Positions 8,065 through 16,956 of a stretch of 64,000 nt of DNA are shown here, piece by piece (positions within the stretch are counted from its first letter, which is position 1; each line of letters starts with the position of its first letter). The stretch comes from an uncultured virus (IMG/VR IMGVR_UViG_3300002835_000131). Its lineage: Duplodnaviria; Heunggongvirae; Uroviricota; Caudoviricetes. The position numbers and the translations under genes are program-made. The stretch spans positions 1 to 64,000 of IMG/VR virus record IMGVR_UViG_3300002835_000131. One strand, written 5' to 3'. The notes under the pieces are model-generated. The model was not told the origin of the DNA, ran no database searches, and worked only from the letters and a program-made list of their open reading frames with translations.

Positions 8065-8217
8065 ATGAAAAATCTAATTGCAATCGCGGCTTTAGCTGCA
8101 ATCGTTTTGACTTCATGTCAATTTAACTCAACAAAAGAAACTACAACTACAGATTCAACTGCTGTTGATTCAACAGTAGTAGTAGATTCAGTATCTGTTG
8201 ATACAGTAACTAAGTAA
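8065..8217 (+). CDS. small lipoprotein with D-(S/T)-x repeats
   Basis: Not in track; MKNLIAIAALAAIVLTS-C lipobox, then DST, DST, DSV, DTV. Confidence 0.75.
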   Translation: MKNLIAIAALAAIVLTSCQFNSTKETTTTDSTAVDSTVVVDSVSVDTVTK

Positions 8218-8225
8218 TTAGTTAC

Positions 8226-8298
<73 letters not shown>

Positions 8299-8409
8299 CC
8301 CGGATTCATATAAATCGAGCGCAAAACCAATTGCTCCTTAGGTAGAAATATATGAATAAACAACCCGTCACGGTATGTTCATAGAACAGGAGTGAACTAA
8401 GGAGAAAAT

Positions 8410-8529
8410 AGTTAGGTGGCGGAATAGTAGACGCAACAGGTAAGTTAACGGAATTATTAATTCCATAAGGCCATTAATTCCGAGATGTAAGAGAAATACA
8501 TCATACAGGTTCAAATCCTGTCCTAACTA
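8410..8529 (+). ncRNA. tRNA-like RNA with aberrant, expanded anticodon region
   Basis: Acceptor AGTTAGG/CCTAACT, Leu-like D arm, T arm ACAGG-TTCAAAT-CCTGT, no canonical anticodon arm. Confidence 0.65.
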
Positions 8530-8534
8530 CATAT

Positions 8535-8606
8535 TGCGGAATAGAGCAGTGGTAGCTCGCTAGGCTCATAACCTAGAGGTCATAGGTTCGAGTCCTATTT
8601 CCGCTA
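8535..8606 (+). tRNA. tRNA-Met(CAT), initiator-like
   Basis: Anticodon arm CTAGG-CTCATAA-CCTAG; unpaired 1:72 position. Confidence 0.88.
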
Positions 8607-8658
8607 CTAAATGTACTTGTAAGCATACCGTAAGATCTGCTTACAGGTCTTTCTTGGA

Positions 8659-8743
8659 GGAAGGTTGGCAGAGTGGTCGATTGCGGCAGTCTTGAAAACT
8701 GTTGTACTGTAAGGTACCGTAGGTTCGAATCCTACATCTTCCG
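8659..8743 (+). tRNA. tRNA-Ser(TGA)
   Basis: Anticodon loop CTTGAAA, long variable arm, discriminator G. Confidence 0.9.
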
Positions 8744-8748
8744 CTTCT

Positions 8749-8819
8749 TACCCTTTCGTCTAATGGCAGGACAATTGGTTTTGGTCCAATTAATCGAGGT
8801 TCGAGTCCTTGAGGGGTAA
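8749..8819 (+). tRNA. tRNA-Gln(TTG)
   Basis: ATTGG-TTTTGGT-CCAAT anticodon arm; GGTTCGAG T-loop. Confidence 0.9.
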
Positions 8820-8867
8820 CTGTTCTTTGATATATTGGTAGTATTAAAATCATAAGGAGACAAACAA

Positions 8868-9182
8868 ATGGAAACATTATCATTTATTTTAGGAATGTCC
8901 TCAGTAGTGGTTATCGCAATTGCGGTAGTTGCTGTTATAGGATTTTTTAAGGTTAGAAGTGTTGAAAAACAATTTAACGAATACAGACAAAACTTTACTG
9001 TTGGGTTTGATATGAGAATAAAAGATATTCACGATAGTATACATCAGGTAAATGATCAATTACATCGTAGAATTGATAACACAGAAAGAGAAGTTTTTTC
9101 CCAATTAGACTCTCGATTAGATAAATTGGAAACTAAATTAACAGACACAATTAAAAATGGTTGTGAACCTGTTAGAAAATAA
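8868..9182 (+). CDS. membrane-anchored coiled-coil protein
   Basis: N-terminal TM helix followed by heptad-like region. Confidence 0.75.
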   Translation: METLSFILGMSSVVVIAIAVVAVIGFFKVRSVEKQFNEYRQNFTVGFDMRIKDIHDSIHQVNDQLHRRIDNTEREVFSQLDSRLDKLETKLTDTIKNGCEPVRK

Positions 9183-9227
9183 ATTAACAAGTAAATAAAT
9201 TAAACCCACTACCAATATATTAAGAAC

Positions 9228-9302
9228 GCTCGGTTCGTCTAGGGGTTAGGACAGGAGATTTTCATTCTTCAAACAGGGGTTCGATTCCCCTACCGAGTAC
9301 CA
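9228..9302 (+). tRNA. tRNA-Glu(TTC) with encoded CCA
   Basis: Acceptor GCTCGGT/ACCGAGT, loop TTTTCAT, ends ACCA. Confidence 0.88.
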
Positions 9303-9365
9303 TATTTATCATAAAATAGGTTGTCGTCAATTAGTTATATTTATCTTTAAATAATTAAAACGATA

Positions 9366-9614
9366 ATGAAAAATATTATAACCTGGTTAGGTGGTCTTTT
9401 CAAAGATGAAAAAGGCACACCGTCTTCTAAGAGATTCGTAGGAATCTTATGCGCAATAACACTATGTATTACTATGTACTCTAATTCATTTACAGAGGCT
9501 CATTTTGCTCCTTCTAAAGAATTAGTTGATGCTGTTGCGTTACTTGCATTCGGATGTTTAGGTCTTGCATCTGTAGATAAAATTTGGGGTAAGAAAAAAG
9601 AAGGAGAAGAATAA
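9366..9614 (+). CDS. putative holin (2 TM)
   Basis: Two hydrophobic helices, charged C-terminus, in a cluster with the endolysin. Confidence 0.55.
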   Translation: MKNIITWLGGLFKDEKGTPSSKRFVGILCAITLCITMYSNSFTEAHFAPSKELVDAVALLAFGCLGLASVDKIWGKKKEGEE

Positions 9615-9901
9615 TGGCAGCACCTAAAAAAACAGAAATTAAAGTTCCTTCAGCAATGCCTGTATCTTTTGAGCAGTTTAGTAAAGATCCTGTAAAAGGT
9701 TTATTATTTATTGTATTAGTAGCTATTGGGTATTTATATGTAGATGGTAAGATGAATTATACTCAGCAAATAGATAAATATAATACAGAAGTAATTATGT
9801 TAAATCAAAAAGTTGATAAGTTAACAGAACATATTAGAAAAAGCGATTCAACTTTAGGATATATGATTTCAAAAGTTGAAATGTTACAAATAATAAAATG
9901 A
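9614..9901 (+). CDS. membrane protein (TM + coiled coil), lysis cluster
   Basis: One TM segment; stop/start overlap with the upstream gene. Confidence 0.6.
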   Translation: MAAPKKTEIKVPSAMPVSFEQFSKDPVKGLLFIVLVAIGYLYVDGKMNYTQQIDKYNTEVIMLNQKVDKLTEHIRKSDSTLGYMISKVEMLQIIK

Positions 9902-10224
9902 GAATAGCTATTATATTTATATTTTTAATGACCGCTGTTTTGGCTCAATCACCAAAAGTAGTAGATCCTAAAGAAAAAGAGTTAGATGCTCTTATGTTAA
10001 AATCTCAAAACAGGTTAAAGAAGATTAATGTGCTTACAAAGCAAATCGATAAGATGTCTTCGAGCAAGGTAAATGGGATGAAGGAAAGTATAGAAACATT
10101 ACAAGAAGAAAAAACACAATTAAAAAATGAACTACAAGAAACTAAGGCTATTGTTGAGTATAACTCTCCTGATAAGTCTATCCCATTCAGCCTTGAGCCA
10201 ATCGTATCCGACTCAACGAATTGA
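9898..10224 (+). CDS. spanin-like coiled-coil protein
   Basis: N-terminal hydrophobic signal, coiled coil, 3' end overlaps next ORF. Confidence 0.5.
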   Translation: MRIAIIFIFLMTAVLAQSPKVVDPKEKELDALMLKSQNRLKKINVLTKQIDKMSSSKVNGMKESIETLQEEKTQLKNELQETKAIVEYNSPDKSIPFSLEPIVSDSTN

Positions 10225-10573
10225 GGGTAAGGATACTGTTGTTGTAATGACTAAGAAGCAAGCAGAGAATATCAATATCGTATTTAAAAATACCAAGACT
10301 CAGATTGATAAACTTAAGATAGAGATTGACTCTATTACTAAGATTAAGCCTACCTTAGTCAGAGATACTATTTATAAGCGTGGTTCTATTTTAATTCCTA
10401 ATGGGAACTATTTGCTTTATAACTTTAATGAGTCAGAGAATAGATATGAACTAGACCCTAACTCTGTTATAGCTGCTAAAGGTACAGATGATGAGGCTAC
10501 TACTAAAAAAGATGTAGTCATTACTACTATAGGATTTGTCACTATATTTTCTTTATTTATTTTATTATTATAA
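10127..10573 (+). CDS. spanin-like partner (signal peptide + C-terminal TM)
   Basis: Overlaps previous gene by 98 nt in another frame; immediately precedes the endolysin. Confidence 0.5.
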   Translation: MNYKKLRLLLSITLLISLSHSALSQSYPTQRIEGKDTVVVMTKKQAENINIVFKNTKTQIDKLKIEIDSITKIKPTLVRDTIYKRGSILIPNGNYLLYNFNESENRYELDPNSVIAAKGTDDEATTKKDVVITTIGFVTIFSLFILLL

Positions 10574-10576
10574 CTT

Positions 10577-11047
10577 ATGCAATTATCAAAGTATTTCACA
10601 TTAGCTGAATTAACTCCTTCGGGAACAGCAAAACGTTTAGGTATTAAAAATGATCCAACTCCTGCACATTTAGAGTGCTTAAAAGGATTATCAGTTAATG
10701 TATTAGACAAAGTAAGAGAACATTTTGGAAAACCAATTTGGGTTTCTTCAGGTTACCGTTCTAAAGCATTAAACGAAGTTACACCAGGTTCTAGTGCTAC
10801 ATCACAACATTGTTCAGGTGAAGCAGCTGATTTAGATCAAGATGGTAGAGGTACAGGTGTATCTAACAAAATGGTATTCGATTATATCAAGGATCATTTG
10901 AATTTTGATCAATTAATTTACGAGTACGGAACTGATGCTAATCCTGATTGGGTTCATGTTAGCTGGGAATCTACAGGTAAACAAAGAAAGCAAGTATTAC
11001 GTTGTACTAGAGTAAACGGTAAACCAGTTTATACACCATACAAGTAA
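10577..11047 (+). CDS. endolysin, peptidase M15 family Zn peptidase
   Basis: SSGYRS, SQHCSGEAAD, WVHVS motifs. Confidence 0.88.
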   Translation: MQLSKYFTLAELTPSGTAKRLGIKNDPTPAHLECLKGLSVNVLDKVREHFGKPIWVSSGYRSKALNEVTPGSSATSQHCSGEAADLDQDGRGTGVSNKMVFDYIKDHLNFDQLIYEYGTDANPDWVHVSWESTGKQRKQVLRCTRVNGKPVYTPYK

Positions 11048-11096
11048 TTTAATTACAGCTTGGCATCATGACCACTCTTTATTATATATCAGGAGT

Positions 11097-11537
11097 ATGG
11101 ACATAGATAAAGTATTTAATTCATTTAATGATGGAGAGTTTCAGGAGGCTATAAAAGATCTCAGGGACACTCCATCTTATTGGATTGGTATGTTTAAAAA
11201 ACTAATACACAATTATAATAGTGGTTATCAATATTTCATGAAAAATCTTTTAGACTCACTAGAAGATGAACACGACATAGATAAGGAAAAAGTAAAAGAC
11301 ACAGTTGAATACTTAACTTATTCTATAGCATACTCATATATTAAAAGACTTGATATTACCGATTTATCCCACGTATATTACATTACCTTAGCAACTGACG
11401 ATATGCTGTTGACTAGTGTTAAACGTTGTTTATACTACTTTGAATCAATAGAGAGATATGAAGATTGTGCTTATCTAAAATCAATTGAAACAGAAGTAAA
11501 CAAAATTCTCCTAAAGTTTGGCTCCCCAAGTAAATAA
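11097..11537 (+). CDS. hypothetical protein with C-terminal UvrB/UvrC-like motif
   Basis: ESIERYEDCAYLK. Confidence 0.6.
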   Translation: MDIDKVFNSFNDGEFQEAIKDLRDTPSYWIGMFKKLIHNYNSGYQYFMKNLLDSLEDEHDIDKEKVKDTVEYLTYSIAYSYIKRLDITDLSHVYYITLATDDMLLTSVKRCLYYFESIERYEDCAYLKSIETEVNKILLKFGSPSK

Positions 11538-11646
11538 CATTATATTTTGAATACGGGTTTTAAGGATTAAGAGAGATAGGGAATAAGAACGAAACAAGAA
11601 CAAGAAAAGCACCTAGAGAATAAAATGGGTGGTTATAAATAAACAT

Positions 11647-11844
11647 ATGAGAAATAGAGAAATTTTTAATAGGAAATTAGAGAACTTAGAGTCTAATTTA
11701 ACTAAAATGTCTTACTTATTAAGACGCCAAGGAACTAAAGATGAGTATGATGACATGATCACATCTTGTAGAGATTTAATTGAACAGATGAAATCATATA
11801 TTAATATGGAACCTGTTACACCTAATGAAATCAATAAGTACTAA
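11647..11844 (+). CDS. hypothetical protein
   Basis: ATG at 11647; early-type promoter at 11517-11548. Confidence 0.65.
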   Translation: MRNREIFNRKLENLESNLTKMSYLLRRQGTKDEYDDMITSCRDLIEQMKSYINMEPVTPNEINKY

Positions 11845-11845
11845 T

Positions 11846-12625
11846 ATGTTACAACCGGAACAAATATTAAGTAACTGGGAAGAGTTCTTAGGTTATATTG
11901 ATATGTACATTATGGGAGACCGTGGTGCTAAATTAAAAGCGTTTTATGAACAATATTCTGAACGTTTTATGATGATGCCGGCTGCTCATAAACCTCAATA
12001 TCATAATTGTTTTCCTGGTGGTTATGTAGATCATGTTAATAGAGTAGTTCAAGGTGCTATAAAAATAGATCGTGTATGGAGGGAAATGGATGTAATTGAT
12101 ACTTATACTACAGAAGAATTAATATTTTCTGCTCTGAATCATGATTTAGGTAAATTTGGTACTTTTGAACAAGAAGCATATTTACCTCAAACTGACCAAT
12201 GGAGACGAGAAAAATTAAATGAACCGTATATGTTTAATGATCGTTTGGAGTTTATGTCTGTACCTGATCGTGGTTTATATATATTATCTCAGCTAGGAAT
12301 TACAGTTACTAAAAATGAAATGTTAACTATTAAGTTACATGATGGTCTATATGATGAAGCTAATAAACCATACTTAATGTCATGGATGCCAGAAACTAGA
12401 CCTCGTACTTCATTAATTTATATAGTTCATCAAGCCGACTTAATGGCAGCAAGAATTGAATTCGAAAGAGAATGGTTACCTAAATTATTAGGTCCTAAAG
12501 CAGAAAATAAAGCAAATTTTAATTTAAAAAAAGAAGATAAGAAGACACCAGTTAAATCTAAAGCACTAAGTAGTGTTAAAAGTGAAGGTTTAAAAAATGT
12601 AATGTCTAATTTCTTCGACGAATAA
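11846..12625 (+). CDS. HD-domain phosphohydrolase (YhaM-like)
   Basis: PAA..HNCFPGG..DH, NHDLGK, HDG, HQAD. Confidence 0.82.
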   Translation: MLQPEQILSNWEEFLGYIDMYIMGDRGAKLKAFYEQYSERFMMMPAAHKPQYHNCFPGGYVDHVNRVVQGAIKIDRVWREMDVIDTYTTEELIFSALNHDLGKFGTFEQEAYLPQTDQWRREKLNEPYMFNDRLEFMSVPDRGLYILSQLGITVTKNEMLTIKLHDGLYDEANKPYLMSWMPETRPRTSLIYIVHQADLMAARIEFEREWLPKLLGPKAENKANFNLKKEDKKTPVKSKALSSVKSEGLKNVMSNFFDE

Positions 12626-12627
12626 AA

Positions 12628-12894
12628 ATGATATTAATAATATTAAGTGTATTGGTTGTGATCTTAGGATTCACGACCTTTAACCTTCTAATGAAAAATG
12701 AACAAGCAGAAGATATAATTATGTCTCAAGATACATTTATATCTAAATTTATGGATACTGTTAATAAAGCAGACGCTAAATTAAAACAAATTGATCATAA
12801 AGGTTCATTTGAATCAGATGATGAAATAGGATTCTTTTTTAAAGAAGTAAAAAATATACAAGCAACACTGAATGAGTTCAATAATAAACGCTAG
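12628..12894 (+). CDS. membrane-anchored hypothetical protein
   Basis: N-terminal TM; GSFESDDEIGFFF. Confidence 0.7.
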   Translation: MILIILSVLVVILGFTTFNLLMKNEQAEDIIMSQDTFISKFMDTVNKADAKLKQIDHKGSFESDDEIGFFFKEVKNIQATLNEFNNKR

Positions 12895-13594
12895 TAATTT
12901 ACCTAAGAACCCAAGTTCTACTAGGTATTTTACTCAAGACACAGAAGATGCTATCGTTGCTTATAATAAGTCTTTAGACTTTGATGAACGTGATAAGATT
13001 TATAATAGAAGAATTCATTATGCTTTTTTTAAGCTAACGGAGAATATTATACATACGTTTAAATTTTATTATACCGAGGTAGATAATATTGAAGATTTAC
13101 AACATGAAATTATAACATTTCTATTAAGTAAAATTCATTTATTTGATCAAAGTAAAGGTGCTAAAGCATATTCTTACTTTGGTACTATTGTAAAACGATA
13201 TTTAATTATATCTAATACTAAAAATTATAAAAAACGTATAGATAAAGCACCAATTGAGGATTTAGAGCAAGACGAAAAACATTCGTATGAAATCGATGAT
13301 ATCCCGCCTAATGAGCGCTTAAATGAGTTCTTAACACTATATACTGAATATTGTTCTAATAACTTAAAAATGTTATTTCCTAAAGATGGTGATGCTAAAA
13401 TAGCTGACGCAATTCTTGAGTTATTCCGTAAACGCGAGGTATTAGATATATTTAATAAAAAAGCGCTTTATATATACATTCGTGAAATAATTGATGTAAA
13501 AACACCTAAAATTACTAAAATAGCTAATAAATTAGGCGACATATTTAAAGAACATTACTTATTTTATATTGAAAACGGATATACAAATTTCTAA
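12872..13594 (+). CDS. phage late-transcription sigma factor (T4 gp55-like)
   Basis: Sigma region-2-like pattern: KFYY..DLQHE..FDQSKGAKAYSYFGTIVKRYLI. Confidence 0.7.
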   Translation: MSSIINASNLPKNPSSTRYFTQDTEDAIVAYNKSLDFDERDKIYNRRIHYAFFKLTENIIHTFKFYYTEVDNIEDLQHEIITFLLSKIHLFDQSKGAKAYSYFGTIVKRYLIISNTKNYKKRIDKAPIEDLEQDEKHSYEIDDIPPNERLNEFLTLYTEYCSNNLKMLFPKDGDAKIADAILELFRKREVLDIFNKKALYIYIREIIDVKTPKITKIANKLGDIFKEHYLFYIENGYTNF

Positions 13595-13618
13595 GTATCA
13601 TATTTATAAATAAAAATC

Positions 13619-13960
13619 ATGAGTAATTTAGAATCAGTTGTTTTTGGAAACAAGAAATTCTCTGATATCTTAAGTGAGATATACGATAATCAAAAGAAAA
13701 AAGAAAAACAAATATCAACATTAATTGGTGAATTAAAGCCATTAATCAATGATATTGGTGATGCTACATTAATTGTACCTTTAATTAAAGAATACTTAGA
13801 AATAAGTGTTAAAAATGATGAACAATTAATTAAAATGGCGACTATTATTCAACGTGCTTTATCTAATTCAGCTGAAGCAGGTAATGGATTTGATTTATCA
13901 GATGAAGAAAAAACACAACTATTAGCTGAAATAGATAAAATAAGTAAAGATGCCAATTGA
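13619..13960 (+). CDS. hypothetical protein
   Basis: ORF after late motif; helical. Confidence 0.75.
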   Translation: MSNLESVVFGNKKFSDILSEIYDNQKKKEKQISTLIGELKPLINDIGDATLIVPLIKEYLEISVKNDEQLIKMATIIQRALSNSAEAGNGFDLSDEEKTQLLAEIDKISKDAN

Positions 13961-15218
13961 TGTTACATATGGTTACAGTTCAGTAAGTAAAGGATTTAAT
14001 ACAGGTAATAAAAATTATGCTGTTGATACCGCTACTTCTTTAGGTAATCTAATAACAGCTGTTCGTGTTAAAGATATAGTATTAGATAAAACACATCCGC
14101 AATTTGTAAATGTAGGTGAATGGAATGGTTTAGGTACTATATTTTTTGATGTAGTTAAAGATCCTAATATTTCAAATAAAAATACTTGGTCTACTGCTCG
14201 TCCTATATCATCTAATATTAAAATATATCCATTAATTAATGAGATAGTATATTTAATATCATTTCCTGATACTGGTATAGGAAGTAATCCTACATCAGGT
14301 CAATTATATTATATTAGTACTATAGGTATATGGAATACACCTCATCAAAATGGTTATCCTACTATTGATACCATACCACCTCCATCACAACAAAAAACAA
14401 TTGATCAAATTGAGTTAGGAAGTTTAAGAACTGTAACTAATCAATCTACTGAACTTAATTTAGGTGATACATTTAAAGAACGTGGCAATATTCATCCTTT
14501 ATTACCTTTTGAAGGTGATGTAATAGAAGAAGGAAGATGGGGTAATAGTATTCGTTTTAGTTCAACTATTAAAACTAAATCATTACCATCAATAGGTTTA
14601 AATGATTGGTCTCAAGGACCAAGTACATCTGGAGATCCTATCACTATTATTAGAAACGGCCAATCAGTAAAAGCAAATAATGAAGGTTGGGTACCTATAA
14701 CAGAAGATATTAATAATGATTTAAGTTCTATTTATTTAACTAGTACACAAACTATACCATTAAATGCATCTAGTATTAGTTATTTTAGTTATCCTGATAA
14801 CCCACCTCAAGATATAAATAAATTTAATGGCCCTCAATTAATATATAATTCAGGACGTATAATATTAAATACAAACCAAGATCATTTACTTTTAAGTTCT
14901 ATTAAATCAGTAAATTTAAACGCTGTAGAATCAGTCAATATTGACACACCTACAACTATAATTCAGTCAAATAAAGTATTATTAGGTTCTAAAAACGCAA
15001 CAGAACCTGTTTTATTAGGTGATAGTACAATCGCTACTTTAGCATCAATACTTGATAATATGGTAGGATTTTTAAATTCTTTAGAAAATGTAGTATCTAC
15101 AGCTCCAGGAACACCATTAATTACATTATCCTTACCTGCTAATTTATTATCAAGTAAACTAGATGAGATTAAAGGTAATCTTGAAAAATTAAAATCTAAC
15201 ACTGTTAAAACTGTATAA
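13950..15218 (+). CDS. baseplate hub/spike protein (gp5-like)
   Basis: P.INEIV, EGDVIEEGRWGNSIRF, beta-rich C-terminus with EPVLLGD; upstream of gp25/gp6-like genes. Confidence 0.6.
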   Translation: MPIDVTYGYSSVSKGFNTGNKNYAVDTATSLGNLITAVRVKDIVLDKTHPQFVNVGEWNGLGTIFFDVVKDPNISNKNTWSTARPISSNIKIYPLINEIVYLISFPDTGIGSNPTSGQLYYISTIGIWNTPHQNGYPTIDTIPPPSQQKTIDQIELGSLRTVTNQSTELNLGDTFKERGNIHPLLPFEGDVIEEGRWGNSIRFSSTIKTKSLPSIGLNDWSQGPSTSGDPITIIRNGQSVKANNEGWVPITEDINNDLSSIYLTSTQTIPLNASSISYFSYPDNPPQDINKFNGPQLIYNSGRIILNTNQDHLLLSSIKSVNLNAVESVNIDTPTTIIQSNKVLLGSKNATEPVLLGDSTIATLASILDNMVGFLNSLENVVSTAPGTPLITLSLPANLLSSKLDEIKGNLEKLKSNTVKTV

Positions 15219-16174
15219 TGGCAACTATCAACCCAGAAGAATTAGAACAGGCTAGATTACAACAAGCATTTGATGAACAAGTAGCATTAGCTCAATCTAA
15301 TACTACCACAGTAGATGCTACTGAAATTGAAAATGCAACTCCATCTGATTTAAAAGCGATGGGTATTTCTAAATTACCTTTATTATTATTAGTAATAGGT
15401 AATCAAATAAAAAATATTATTGAACCTGCGTTAATCAATTTAATTAAAACTTATATACAAAAATATTTAGCAGCTGAAGCCTGTGCTGATCAAGCTACTA
15501 TAGATAAAATAATACAACAACGAAATTTAATAGTTAATCAATTAAATAAAATTGTTAAAACTTTAACTATTATCACAATATCATTAGCAGTAGCTATTAC
15601 ATTTTTAGATCTTTTAAAATTAGCTATTAAAGGTATTGATTTAGCTAAAATTGCAGCGTATTTTGCAGCTGCTGCGTTTCCTGTATTAATACCTACTTTA
15701 CCTAGTACATTACAACAATTAGATTTAGCTAAAATAAAACTACAAACAGACGAAGAAGGTAATGCTAAAATAGCTAAATATAAATCAATAATTGGAGGAG
15801 CAGCATTAGTATCATCTATTATTGGTGGATTTATATTAATAGCTATAGGATTATTAAATTCTATTGATATTTTCTTACAAAAATGTGCTCCTAATCAAGC
15901 AAATGAATTAGTTCCTATATCTAAAGAAACACAAGATATAGCTAAAGTACAAGCTCAAGCAACAACAACACAAAATCAAACAACATATAGAGATTTTATT
16001 ATTGAAATTGAATTAGTACCATACACTTCTACTACAACTCGTAGACGTGCTATTGGTAAAAATCAAGATGGTATTATATTAATTCAAACTGAATTATCAT
16101 TTACTACTAATGATCAAACATTAATTGATGAATTAAAACTAATTATTGATAGAGATAATTTAAAAGCCTATTAA
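15218..16174 (+). CDS. hypothetical helical protein with hydrophobic segments
   Basis: ORF within the baseplate operon. Confidence 0.7.
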   Translation: MATINPEELEQARLQQAFDEQVALAQSNTTTVDATEIENATPSDLKAMGISKLPLLLLVIGNQIKNIIEPALINLIKTYIQKYLAAEACADQATIDKIIQQRNLIVNQLNKIVKTLTIITISLAVAITFLDLLKLAIKGIDLAKIAAYFAAAAFPVLIPTLPSTLQQLDLAKIKLQTDEEGNAKIAKYKSIIGGAALVSSIIGGFILIAIGLLNSIDIFLQKCAPNQANELVPISKETQDIAKVQAQATTTQNQTTYRDFIIEIELVPYTSTTTRRRAIGKNQDGIILIQTELSFTTNDQTLIDELKLIIDRDNLKAY

Positions 16175-16192
16175 CTTAATATTTATAACACG

Positions 16193-16546
16193 ATGAAATC
16201 AGAAGAATTTAAAAAAATCATTAAAGAAGCCGTTCGTGAAGTATTCGTTGAAGAAATGAAAGAAATACTTTTAGAAGCGGTTAAAGCACCTAAAGCCTCA
16301 GCAGGTCAAGGTGGTTATGGAACTGTTACAGAATCAGTTAAACCAATTAGTTCTAAACCATTAGATCCAAATGCTAAAAAAGCAGTTATGGCTAATATTT
16401 TAGGTGATATGGCATCTGGTAGAACAATGACAACAGAAGCTCTTACTGCTAATACATTTATACCTAGAGGAGGAGATGCAATTAATGGATCTTTACCTGA
16501 TGGTAATGTTGGATTAGATCAAATTATGGGTTTATTAAATAAATAA
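16193..16546 (+). CDS. hypothetical protein
   Basis: N-terminus MKSEEFKKIIKEAVRE. Confidence 0.7.
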   Translation: MKSEEFKKIIKEAVREVFVEEMKEILLEAVKAPKASAGQGGYGTVTESVKPISSKPLDPNAKKAVMANILGDMASGRTMTTEALTANTFIPRGGDAINGSLPDGNVGLDQIMGLLNK

Positions 16547-16548
16547 TA

Positions 16549-16956
16549 ATGGCATTTGGTGCACAAAAAATATTTCCTATTGATACTAAAACTGGTACGG
16601 CTATTGGTGTTAGTTTAGATTTTAGTAATCCTGGAGTATTTCAGTCTACTTATTTAACTAAAGATGCTATTAAGAATAATTTAATAAATTTTTTCTTAAC
16701 CAACCAACCAGAACGTTATTTAAATCCATTATTTGGTGGTAATTTAAGAAATTTTATATTTGAACAAATAACAGCTAATAATACTGATTTTTTAAAACAA
16801 GATATTCAAACCCAAATAGGTTTATATTTTCCTAATGTTATAGTAGCTAGATTAGATGTTATAGAATATCCAGATATAAACCAAGTAGTAGTAACATTAA
16901 AATATACAATAGCAGACACTAATATAAGTGATCAATTAGATATAGCATTCAATTAA
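16549..16956 (+). CDS. baseplate wedge protein (gp25-like)
   Basis: IKNNLINFFLT..ERYLNPLFG.NL..FE. Confidence 0.85.
   Translation: MAFGAQKIFPIDTKTGTAIGVSLDFSNPGVFQSTYLTKDAIKNNLINFFLTNQPERYLNPLFGGNLRNFIFEQITANNTDFLKQDIQTQIGLYFPNVIVARLDVIEYPDINQVVVTLKYTIADTNISDQLDIAFN

Noticed and set aside
8301..8404. Canonical theta/HDV-like ribozyme call
   Set aside because: No P3/L3 hairpin or P1.1 pairing identifiable; kept only as an unclassified pseudoknot
8641..8883. Minus-strand 80-aa ORF
   Set aside because: Antisense shadow of tRNA-Ser and tRNA-Gln
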